NCBI RefSeq assembly: GCF_018350175.1
Contig: NC_058383.1
Span: 10,666,001 to 10,730,000, forward strand
Direction of reading: 5' to 3'
DNA: 64,000 nt
Source of the DNA: Felis catus
Taxonomy: Eukaryota
Below the pieces are notes generated by a model, which saw only the letters and a list, made by a program, of their open reading frames with translations, was not told the origin of the DNA and searched no databases. Positions 10,852 to 22,800 of this stretch are shown here, one piece after another. The stretch's first letter is position 1. Each line of letters opens with the position of its first letter. Both the position numbers and the translations under genes were made by a program.

Positions 10852-13800
10852 GTGCGCGGGGCCGGAGGTGGTGGGTGAGGGGCCGGGCGTGGGGAGTGCT
10901 TCTTCTGGAAGAGCCGCTGGGCGGGGGGGCTAACGGTACGTGGAAGTTCTTCTTTCTGTCCCGCTGCGATCCTTCTCATAGTCAACTAGCACCGGGCACC
11001 GATGGATGCTTTATGTGCATCGCTCCGTCTCATGCTCCCCGACTGGGAGGCGGGACGACTGCTGGCTGCCCTCGGGGACAGGGGCCCCTGGGATCCTCCT
11101 AGTGAGTCGGCCCCATCTTCCGCCCGCCTTCTTGTCTGCCACCCAGAACCCCGCCCTTCAGCCTTCCCGTGTCTGACCCCTCGTCTTCCTGCTGGTGGGC
11201 GGACGTGAGGGCCGGGGCCGGAGGCTGGAGGCTGGGGGCACCGGCCCCGACAGCAGATGGATAGAGGACAGCTGTCTGCTTGTGTGACGGTGCAAGTGAG
11301 GTGGTCCCGGGTGGAATATTTAGGAAGTTTGATGCAGAGGTTAAATTGCCTGTAATCCCACCCCCTACCGGCCAGACTGGTCCTTCGGTTTATGTTCTCC
11401 TTCTTTTCTGAATTGTCTGCCGTCATGCTGTGTGTGTGATTTGAAAATCTGCTTTTTTTTTTCTTTTAATGTGATCAAGCGGATTTTTCCGTGGCGTTTT
11501 TAATGGCCGTAGAATATCCTGTCCATTCAACAAATACAAGTCAAAGGCCTGCTTTGTTGACACGGTCTTAGCCATCAGAGTTCTCATTCTGAGCAAAAAT
11601 GGATGTGGGCCCAGCCCTCGGGGCTGCCGGTCTGGCAGGGGGGAGGCTGAGTGTCATGAGATGCTAGAACTGGGGACCGACCAGGTCTGGGAGGTCAGCC
11701 CCGAGGAGGGGGACATGTGAGCTGAGGTCTGGAGGGTGATAGTTTACTAGTTGGAAAGGGGAGGGTATTTTGGGCAGAGGGGACAGCTCGTGCAAAGGTC
11801 CAGTGGCAGAACAACGCATGGCAAGAGACTGGCATGTGGCCAGTGACAAGTGTGCTGGTGGGAGAGCGTGGGCCAGGGTGGGGACAGCTTGGGGTTGTCC
11901 GAGTCATTTCGCTTCTGTCATAATAACAATGGGAAGCCATTGTTTCAAATCAAAAGGAATATGATAAAAAAAAGAAGTGGAAACGTTCTTAACCCGTCCT
12001 TTGCAGTTGGGGATGATTCTTTCCTATTTTTCACTTTGATAAATGATGTTGTGATGAATGTCCTGGGGCACAAATCCTTGCTTTGATTATGCTGCAGCTG
12101 GCAGGGTAAGGCACTGTCCGTGCCATCTGATTGGAATAGAAGTTCAGGGAGACAAAAAGTAATAGCCAGAGACCAGACTAGGCAATCTGGGCCCTGGGTG
12201 GGGTCAGGGAAGGTTTGAGCTGGCAGAACCAGGGCCCCGGCAGAGACCGACAGCCGGGGTGGGAGGGTAAGGAAGTTGCACGGTGTGGCCCATGCACAGG
12301 CCCCTGCCAGCAGGGCTTGCCTGTTGGAGGCCCAGACTTGCTTTCCAACGTGGCAAAGCCTCCTTTACTCATGGGAGGCCTTCCTGAGCACTGCGAAGAG
12401 GCCGGAGAGAGGAAATGAAGGGGAAAGGATGTTCCAGGTAGACAGAGTGATGCAAAGGCCCTGAGGCAGGCGCGGACTTGGTTTGAGGCGTGGTTAGAGA
12501 AGGAAGGGAGACAAGTCTGGGTGGAGAGGAGTCTGACGTGGGGTTGGGAGGGCGGGAGAGGCAGATTGCGGAGGGCAGGAGTTTTGGGTTTGTTTTCAGA
12601 GTGACGGGAGCTGTTGGAGGAATGGCCGGGCGCTCACATCCCTCAGCCCGCTGTGCGGAGGACAGATTGTGGGGGTTCTGAGCCGGGTGGTGAGACCATC
12701 GAGGGAGGCATATGTGGCCGCCCGGGAGAGGATGCCTGCGCTCGCTGCCAGGGCTGGGAGAGGTCAGGGGGCTGACCGCCAAGAGTGGGCCATCAGGGAA
12801 GGCTTCCCAGAGGAGGTGGAATGAACTCAGCCTTCAGGATGGGAGGAATTGAAACATGGAGCGGAGAAGGAAGGCCGGCCGGCAGTGGAGGAAGAGCATG
12901 GGCAAAGGCACTATGTGGGCTGAGCTTGGGCCAGTAGGGGGTGAGGAGGTGGGGGTTGTGTAGCCCCCTCTCTGGAGAAGGTCACCAGCCAGGCCTCACC
13001 CTCTTGTCTACTGGAGAGAGAGCCCCGTAGCACCTTCTGGGGTTATTTTCATCATTTCTCCCTCCCTGATCAACAGGGGCCTGAATTCTGGCTCTGATCC
13101 AGCCCTTAATGCCCCTTCTGACTGCCTCCGCTGTGTGACCCTGGAAGAGTTACTTAACCTCTCTGAGCCCCAGATGGGATGATAACCTCTCTCTGGTGGG
13201 ATCCAGAGAGTTAACGAGTGTGAAGGGCCTGCAAGCTACAAAACTCATTAAAGACTCCTTTCTGTCCCTTTCCCCATCCAGGGTCTCCTCACTGAAAAAT
13301 TTCTAAGTGTCAGGCACCCACCTCCCTTCCATTTCACCCAGTCACAGCCACCACCGTGGCAGATTTCCTTCCAGTCTTTTTTCCTCTCGCACTTACTGTT
13401 TGAAGCGGTGAAATCACGGGCTGTGCCCAAACCTAGGTGTCACTTTTCCATACCCCTTGTCTCCCGCTGCACTGCCACACGGTCTTTGCATCATCTCGAA
13501 GGGCGACGTAGGCTTTCGCGGGACATGGGAAAGGGCCACACGGTCTGGCATACGGGCTGCTTCCTAGTCACACCGCAGGGTGGTCTGGGAGCCCCTGAGG
13601 GTGGGGGCTGGGTGCTCTGACTCTGCCTGGGCCCCCCGCCCTGCAGGACTGTTCCAGGGAGAGGAGGAGCGGCTCAGTGAATGCCCGATTGATCGCAGAA
13701 CGGTGCCCGCCCATGCCCGGCGCTAGTCTACAGCTGGGCTCGGCGCTCCCCTCCCTCTGTCCCTGGCACCCGCTGCCTTTGCTGCCTTTGCAGGTCAGAG

Positions 13801-16800
13801 CAAGATGTCCAGGCTCAGGGAGGGAGCAGGGAGCCCAGAGCAATTGGCCTGGTGAGCAGGGAAGGAAGATTTGTGAGGCCCACAGCTGCTTTTGTCCCTC
13901 CCCCGGTCTCTGGAGAGGGGGAGGGGCAGGTAGAAGAAGAGAACAGTGTCATCCTCACCAACCCCCCCCCCCCCACCGGCTCCTCAGGCTCCCTCACCTC
14001 CCCCATGGCACTGGCCATCTGCCCACCCCTGCAGGAGGCTGGGACCCTGTGTGGGGGACACTGGGGCCTCAGAGGTGAGTCTGGCGGAGGCTGGAGCCTG
14101 GGGTGGGGGACTGAGGGGGTACTAGGCTCTGCTCTGGGAATCGGGCAATGGCTGCCTCCCAAAGCATGAGCTCAGCCTCCGGGCAGAGGGTCTGGCCAAG
14201 GGCCGGGCCTGGACTGATGCCCCTACCTCCCGCCCTGTGGAGATTGGGGAGGGGAGGGGAGCTGTGTCAGTCCCCAGAGCTGTGACACACAGGAAGCGGC
14301 AGGAACAAGGGGGCCATTGGAGGGGGACTGTCTTCCCGGGGGGAGGGCGGGAGGGGGCCCAGAGCTGGTCATAACGGCAGGTGTGCAGGAGGGCGGGGTC
14401 TGGGCCCCACCAGTGGGCAGAGACTGGAGAGGTCAGGGACAGCGCGGCCAGACAGGATGGGGCACACCCCTGGCAGCTGCTTCAGATCAGACTGTCAGGG
14501 AGGGTCTCGCTCCGGAGGTAACATTGGTACAAAGATCTGAGCCACAAGCAGGAACCAACCCAGCTGAGGTTAGGGGAAGAGCATCCAGGCAGAGGGAATA
14601 GCGTCTGCAAAGGTCCTGAGTCTTGAGATGCCTGGGGGCTGGAGAGCACCTCGAGTGGGCGAGGGGGGAGTATTGGGAATGGGTCAGGGGAGGCGCTGGG
14701 GCCCCAGGGCCCCAGCAGAGAGCTGGAAGCTGGTGCCAGGGCCGCCTGGGGCTTTGCAATGTATCCTGGGCCTGAGCAGGGAGAAGGGGGTCCAGGCCTC
14801 TAGGCTGGCGGCAGTCTTGGCTGCTGGGGAACAGCCCTCCCTTCAAGTCAGGAGCCGCCTGTGGGGATCAGGCAGGGTCCACCAGGACCCCGTGATGGTG
14901 GGAGAGAAGGGACAGATAGGGGCCCTCAGCCCTTCCCTGGGGCCTGCTTCTGGGCGCCAGGTGGAGGCAGGCCAGGCCAGCAAGATTGGCCACGGTGACA
15001 TGGGGAGGCTCGGGGCTGCTGGGCCAAGGGACCGATCCTAGGTCACTGCCGTGCTCCCTCGGCCCCTGCCCCTCCCCTGCAGGTCCCTGAGGGGCCTCTC
15101 CCACCCCCTGTACTGTGGCCCGGCCCCCGAGGCATCTCATTTAGAAGGCTCGGCATTTGCCACCCTCTACTTCACAAGCAGGCGTCTGACCATGTTTCTG
15201 CTCAGTAACAACCCAGTGGGATAACTCTTCCTCTCATTTTAAAGATGGGAAAACTGAGGCTTCAGCTGTCATCGAAGTTGCCCAGAATAACAGGGCCAGG
15301 GAGTGGTGGCGCTGGGATGGAGACTCTGGGCTGGGGCTGAAGCTGGCTCAGGCCGCCGGTACCTGCCGCCCTGCCACAGGGAAGGCGTGGCCGGGACCCC
15401 CAGTTCAGTCCCAGCCCCGCACACTCGCCTCCTGTCTTGGGCAGCTGGCAAGTGGGAAGAGTGATCTGTTCTCCGTAGGCTGGTCACAGCTGTCCCCCAG
15501 TGCGCCTGTGGCCTTTCCTCACGCTGGGGACCCAGGACATAGGAGGTCAAGGATGAGTGTGCATGGGAGCTCCCCTCAGGCAGGGAGCGGGCCACACGGG
15601 GCTTAGAGGATTCACCTCCTATACTGTGATCCCCCCGAAAGGGCCTGCACAGGGCTGGTCCCAGAGCGTTTTGGCTTATGGAACTGGGGCCCGATGTCCT
15701 TCATCCCCTGTGGGCGCTGCAGACACGGGAGCCAGCCTGCTGTGCCCGAGATGGGGCCGGCAGAGCCTGGAGCTGGCCTGTAGCCTTAGGCACTGGCCCT
15801 ACCCTACTCCACTCCTGGACGATTATGTCTTTCACCTTGGTGCCCGGCTCCCTGGGAGAGCAGGTGGCATCCTGCCCGTGTTTTCAGTGACTTGTCCCAG
15901 ATGCCGTGCAAACCTGGGCAGAACGGGGACAGACCTCCCGCCTTTGATCCTGCCCCAGGCAGCACTCATCTCCCTTCAAGGTCAGCTTCTCCAACCCTCC
16001 TCCCCTAACCACATCCTAAACTTTTTAATGGCATCAGGATGGGGAAAGCCAAGCTGAGCTTTGCTGTGGCTGGGCTGCAGGGCAGGTGGGGGGTGGGGCA
16101 GCCTCCTAATGCTCCTGACGTCGCCCAGTATCGACCCGGGGTGGGGGGGACGCGCAGGGGCCCATCTTGCCCGCGCCTGTCTGCCGTGCTGTGGCCGGAG
16201 CAGGGCTTCTCCATGGGGAGCTGGCTCTGCTCTTTCCAGGGTAAGCCTCCCACATCTTTCTCCTCCTGGGTCCCCACCTGAGTCTGTGGGTGGGGGCTCT
16301 GTCCTCCTGGTTCGGGAGTAGGGGGAACCGAAGGGGACTTCTGAGTTCAATTCGGCTCAGGAAGGAACAGTGAGCAACCCTTGGGACGGGGCACAACCTT
16401 GGAGTGGGCTGATAGAGGGTTCCTTCTTCGGAGAGGGATGGCTGAAGGCAGTGTAGCAGGTGGATGCCGGGCCTGTGCGGCCACAGAGGGGGGGCCCAGG
16501 GGAGGGGGGTGGACTCAGTCCTCCCTGGAGGCCACATTAGCTGGTTCTGTCAGAAGGACTGACTGGGGAGTGGACTGGACTGGGAGGTTCGCGGTGGGAA
16601 AGCCGGCACCCTTGAGGAATGCGACGGGGACCCTGTCCCTTCCTTCGTAACCTCCGCCTTGAGCATCTGCTGGGGACAGGAGAGGGCTTAGAGCACAAGG
16701 CTGCTTTGGGGTTTGTGGTGCATTTATGTCATGTTGCTTTGGGGCCCCCGGGGAGGGGAGGTCAGTGTTGTGGCCAGTCTGCGTTTCGGCCTGGTCCCAG

Positions 16801-19800
16801 GCTCCGAGGATGGAGAGGGGAGTCGGTGTGGGACTCAGATGTATACCCTAGCAGACTGGGAGGCAGCCTGTGCAAACCAAGGGAAAACGGAGTCCTGTAG
16901 AGCGGCTGTGCCAGTGAACAATGTTGGAGCTGCTGTGATGGACAGGCAGGGTATCCTTAGGTGACACGGAGAGGAAAATGCCAGGGTGACCGTTCCGTCT
17001 GGGACAGCCCTAGTTTATGTCTGTGGTCATGGCACGACGCTATAGTGATAACACCTCCTTTCTCTTCAGGGTGTCTGGTTTTGGATGACGAATCCTATCG
17101 TCACCTCCTTTAAGCAGTCATGGTGCTCATGAGCACGTTAAAGGCCCTGACAAGTCCTGCAGCAAAGTAACCTCAACTTTATTTAAGCTGCAATTTCTCA
17201 ATCTTCTTTGAATTTGGAGGTTCAGTGTTTATGTTCATAATATCTGTTATCCCTTTGTGGAACTATGGTCTGTAGAACATTTAGGGAATGCTTGCTTCCT
17301 TGGGGGACTGGGTCTTACATCGGCATGCTTTTTTCCCTCTGGCCTTCGGGGACAGAGGGCAGACTTCATTACACCCTTCAGTTCATGACATACCGTGTCT
17401 GTGAGGCCCTGCAAGGCCCCTCTTGTGTTTTTGTAAAGTTGGTATCTTTTTATCGCGTTTTCTCTTCCCACCACCCACATCTAGGCATCCATGTCTATGT
17501 TAGGACACTCTTTCTTTTTTTAAACAAATTTGTTTTTAATGTTTATTTGTTTTTGAGAGAGCCAGAGAGAGAGAGAGCATGAGTGGGGAAGAAGCAGAGA
17601 GAGAGGGAGACATAGAACCTGAAGCAGGCTCCCGGCTCTGAGCCGTCAGCACAGAGCCCGACGACAAGGGGCTTGAACCCACAGACCGCGAGGTCATGAC
17701 CTGAGCCGAAGTTGGACGTGTCATCGAATGAGCCACCCAGGCGCCCCTTGAGCCCTCCTTTCTGCCCAAGTATCGTGTCAGAAACACCTTTCTGTATAAC
17801 CTGGGAGAAGTATTTTTAAAGTTGCTCAAGAATCTGAAAGACTTGGGGCGTGCTGACAGCTCGGAGCCTGGAACCTGCTTCAGATTCTGTGTCTCCCTCT
17901 CTCTCTGCCCCTCCCCCACGTATGCTCTGTCTCTCTCTCTCTCTCTCTCTCTCCCTCTCTCTCTCTCTCAAAAATAAACAGGGGCGCCTGGGTGGCTCAG
18001 TCGGTTAAGCGTCCGACTTCAGCTCAGGTCACGATCTCGCGGTCGGTGAGTTCGAGCCCCACGTCGGGCTCTGGGCTGATGGCTCAGAGCCTGGAGCCTG
18101 CTTCCGATTCTGTGTCTCCCTCTCTCTCTGCCCTTCCCCCATTCATGCTCTGTCTCTCTCTGTCTCAAAAATAAATAAACGGTAAAAAAAAAATTAAAAA
18201 AAAAAATAAACGTTACAAAATTTTTTTTAAAAAAAGAATCTGAAAGACTTGACCATAATTTATATAACTGCTTCCGTATTTGGGGGCACTTAGATTCAGG
18301 GTCTTGTTGCTGTTGTTTAAGATTTTTTTTTTTATGTTTAAGTCATCTCTACACCCAGCATGGGGCTTGAACTCACAACCTTGAGGTCAAAGAGTCGCAT
18401 GCTCCACCAGCTGAGCCAGCCAGGTGCCCCCAGGGATTTCTGTTGTTGTCTCTCTTGTGAATGACAAGTCAGTATGTCTGTTTCTTTGTTTAAATTATTT
18501 CTTTGGGAAATGGACCAAAGATGACACTCCCTACTTAATTTTTTCTCATTGAAAATATTGTATTTCACTTTTAAAACATTTTATTAACCAAATTAACACA
18601 GGCTCATTGTACCCGTCCAAGGTTAAACTAGAAAGTATTCCCCGTCTAGAGTTGAAATGACCAGGGTGGGGGGTGATGACGCGAGTGGGTTTGTGTTTAG
18701 CGGGGGTCCCGGATGGCTTTGGAGAGGGGTGAAACAGGGCAGGGGGTGCTGGAGGCTGAGAGAGACCCTTCTGGAGGTTTCTGCGGCAAGCTGTGTGGAA
18801 TCTCGCAGGCCTGATCTCGGGAGGGACCTCTGAGACCCTAGAGGGAGGTGTGGATTTCAGAGTTATTTCTTCTGTGGAATTGCGAGATCTGATGAATAAT
18901 TGGATTGGGGGTAACAGTAGGGGAAAGAGCAAGGAAGATTTGTGGTCTAAGTGGGTGTTGGGGATGCACGCCAGAGATGAGGGGTACAGAGGAGGCACTC
19001 TTGGAGAGGGGATCAGTGTGGTTCAGAACGTCAAGTGTGAGGGATCCCAGGGGACGTTGAGGGGATGCTGCTGGAAGGGGCAGGTCTGGAAGGGGCAGCT
19101 GCTGGAAGGGGCAGGTCTGGCAGCAGGGAAGGGATCTGGACTGGAGAGAGAAATTGGGGCCCAACTACTATATCTTCCTGTGTCATTTGGATCTTTTACG
19201 AGGAGAATGTATTCACGTCTTTCAGGAAGGCAGGGGTGTGGCAGCGTGTAAGTAGCTAAAGGCGTAGGCGTGGGTTAGATCGTGGGTTAGATCGTAGGGG
19301 GCAGGGCACCGTGTAGATCAGGGCTCCCCAGGTCCTGACCTCCTGCAGCTCACCCCTCCCCTCCTACTCCCTGCACTGGAGGCGGGTCAGAGACTTGGTG
19401 CTTGTGTGCCTTCTGTCCTGCCTGTCATTCAGGGCGTCTGTAGAGAATTTTGGTGGGTTTTGAGGCTGGCCACCTGTCCAGGGTGTGGAGTGGCACCGGC
19501 CCATATTGGCTCACAAGAACCCATGGTGAAATTGTCAGGAATTTTACGAGCCAGATGTTAAAGGCAGCCTTCCCCTAAAAAATTAGATTGTGTGACCTTA
19601 CAATTTAATAAATTCTATTAAAAACATAGGTCATAAATACTCAAAACTCATGACTTCTGCTAGTGCTTTTAGTAGTGTTTATACCACCATTTTATCACTG
19701 GTGAAATATTACTGTTTTACTACAGGTAGGATTTTATAGTATCTGTGTTTTTAAGGTTATTGCTCTGTGGTAGAAACACCATATGATCTCTTTCCACATC

Positions 19801-22800
19801 CGTGTTCAGTGACATCATGCTGCTAGCTTGAAATTGACCATGGTGGGAGAATTTACGTTATGGAAATCGGCAAACTCTACAAATCAGGATTATTGTTCTC
19901 CTGGAGAGCTAATTATTTTTGTTCAAAAAAAAAATTTTTTTTTTAATGTTTATTTATTTTTGAGAGAGAAAGACAGTGATAGAGCGTGAGCAGGAGAGGG
20001 GCAGAGGCACAGGGAGACCCAGAATCCAAAGCAGGCTCCAGGCTCTGAGCCGACCGCACAGAGGAAGCTGTCATTTTGCGGGCTGGGGGGTGTTCGTGGC
20101 GCACATGGGGAGCCAGTGACCGGAGGAGAGGCGAGCGATGCTGGGAGGCGGGTCCCTGGGGAGACCGAAGGGGGACAGGAGTTTGCCTCTAGAGGGAGAA
20201 GAGTGTTCCTAGCTAGAACAGTGACCCTTCCCTCCCCAGCCCCAGGCCCCCACGGATCTAGTTCCTTCTAGTCAGGGAGGTGGCCAGCTGAGTTGTGGCT
20301 GCGGTTCTCTTGTTGTCTGGACCCCACCCCGGTGTGAGCCCCCATTTGGCCGTGCCTGTAGTCCCTAGCATCTGACCCTGGGTGCTCAGAGAACTGGGTC
20401 CCTAGGAGCTGGGGTTTGGAAGGCCTGTCCCCTCCTCCTGAGGCAGGGTGGGACCCAAGTCCCTGCCGGGGGAGGGGCGGGTGCGTCCTCCCACCTCCGC
20501 TGCAACAGGCCGCCAGCTGCCACCACCCCACCCCACGCCCCTTAGCCCTTTTTTCAAAGTCCTGCTTTGAACTTGAAACCGGCAGTAGATTCCCTCGTGC
20601 CTGGAGTCTGGGGAAAGGACCAAGTGCTCGAATGCGGTTTAAGTCTGTTGCCGCCTTTCGCTTTCGTGGGGGCTTGCCGGGCCAGGCTGCTCTGTGCAGA
20701 GGCTCTGAGGGCGGGAGGCAGGGCAGGCCCTGCCGTCAGGGAGCTTCTGGAACCTGCCTCAGAGTCCGGTGGGTGTGACGGTGGGTGTGAGGGGAGAGCC
20801 AGCCAGGTCTGACAGCCCTGGGAGAACAGGGAGGGATGCACAAACTGTCAGGTCCTGGCCGCTCTGCCCTCGCCCTTTGCCGTCCTGTGGGGAAACAGGT
20901 GTAGGTCCAGGAAGGGGCTTGGCCAGGCCTGGCTCCCTGGATGGAAGGGACTCTATCCCTGTTTTCCATGCCTCCCCAAGCCCTGGTCTCTGGGAGCTTC
21001 CTGGTGTGAGGGGGGAATTTGATGAGGGTTTGTCCTGTGAGGCTGGGGCCGCCGAGGGCACCGAAGAGGAAAAATGAAGCAAAACCCCCGCGCCCCGTCG
21101 CCACGGGCTTGGGACCTGGATTTTGGCAGCTGTTAGAACAACTGGTCTCTGGGCCTATGACCTTAGAAGGGGCGGGTGGGGAAGAAAGATTACCTGAGGG
21201 TCTGCCTGACTCGGGACAGCTGGGGAGGACAGCTGTGTGGGCAGCTTCTGACCGAGAAGAGCCACACTGGGTCCCCCTCGACCCGGGACCCTCCTCTGTG
21301 CTCTGAGCAAAGAGGCCGGGTAGGCACAGGTGCTCACCTGCATCACAGCTGCCCAGGCCAGTTAGCAGACATCATGGAGCCGCTGGGCACAGGCACGTGT
21401 TCTAGAAACAGATACTGGAAGGGCAGGTGCCACACACGCGAGCCTTGTGGGAGAGCTGTTGAGGGGGAGGGCTCTGAGCCAGACCAGCTGGGCCTGACTC
21501 CTGCCTGGGTAACTTTGGACAAGAGCATCTGCATGCATGATAAGAATGTAACGTAGAGGGGGCGCCTGGATGGCTCAGTCGTTAAAAAAAAAATTTTTTT
21601 TTTACATTTATTTATTTTTGAGAAACAGAGTGAGACAAAGCGTGAGCAGGGGAGGGGCAGAGAGAGAAGGAGACACAGAATCCGAAGCAGGCTCCAGGCT
21701 CCGAGCTGCCAGCCCAGAGCCCGATGTGGGGCTCGAACCCACAAACCGTGAGATCATGACCTGAGCCAAAGGCGGACGCTCAACTGACTGAGCCACCCAG
21801 GGAGCCCTTCAGTCGTTTAAACATCCAACTCTTGATTTCAGCTCAGGTCACGATCTCGTGGTTCCATGACTTGGAGTCCACATCGGGTCCTGTGCTGGTA
21901 GTGCAGAGCCTGCTTGGGATTCCCTCTTTCCTTTCTCTCTGCCCCTCCCCGACTCATGCTGTCTCTGTCTCAAAATAAATAAATAAACTTTAAAAAAATA
22001 AAAAAGAATGTAACGTGGGGAAAGTATCCAGCCCGTTGATCCAGACCGGTAGCTGCCCGACTCTTTTCGTTGATGGACCACAGCACCTTGGGCATGGTTA
22101 TGACGGGGGCCAGGGCTGGGCCATACTCCAATATGTGGCTTCCTCCGGCTGCTTTTCGGAGTGGCTTTTCCTAAGGAAGGTGCCCGCCTGATCTGATGAG
22201 TGGGAGAACCGCTGTGGGGTTCCCAAGGTCACCAGAACCTGCCTGGGAGCCCTTCTTCTGCCTCCTGGGACCCTTTGTGGTTCTTAAATGTTTAAAAATA
22301 CTTTTTAAAGTTCACTTATTTATTTTGAGAGAGAGCACGTGAGCAGGGGAGGGGCAGAGAGAGAAGGGGAGAGAGAGAATCCCAAGCAGGCTCCACACTG
22401 TCAGCACAGAGCCCGATGCGGGGCTCGAACCCACGAACCATGATCATGACCTGAGCTGAAACCGAGAGTCAGACACTCAATGGGCAGGGTCACCCAAGTG
22501 TCCCTTAATTTTTTTTTTTTTAATTCTTTAGTCTTCGTGTAAATCATTGTTATCAAAATAACATCACAGTCAGCCCTCACTGTGCCCTTGCTTGGGCCAG
22601 GCACCGAGAACAGCCCCAGAAACCAAGGTGCAGGTGAGGAGGAGACCCAGGTGGGGCTAGGCCTCTGCCTCATGGCATCTCAGTGGTGGAAGAGAGCCTG
22701 GGGGGGGGGGGGCCCTTCCAGGGTCCCGCCTAGGGGTCTTCTCTTAACAGGAAGCAAAGGGGACGTCTCTACATGGGACGGAGTAAAAGACAAGATTGTT

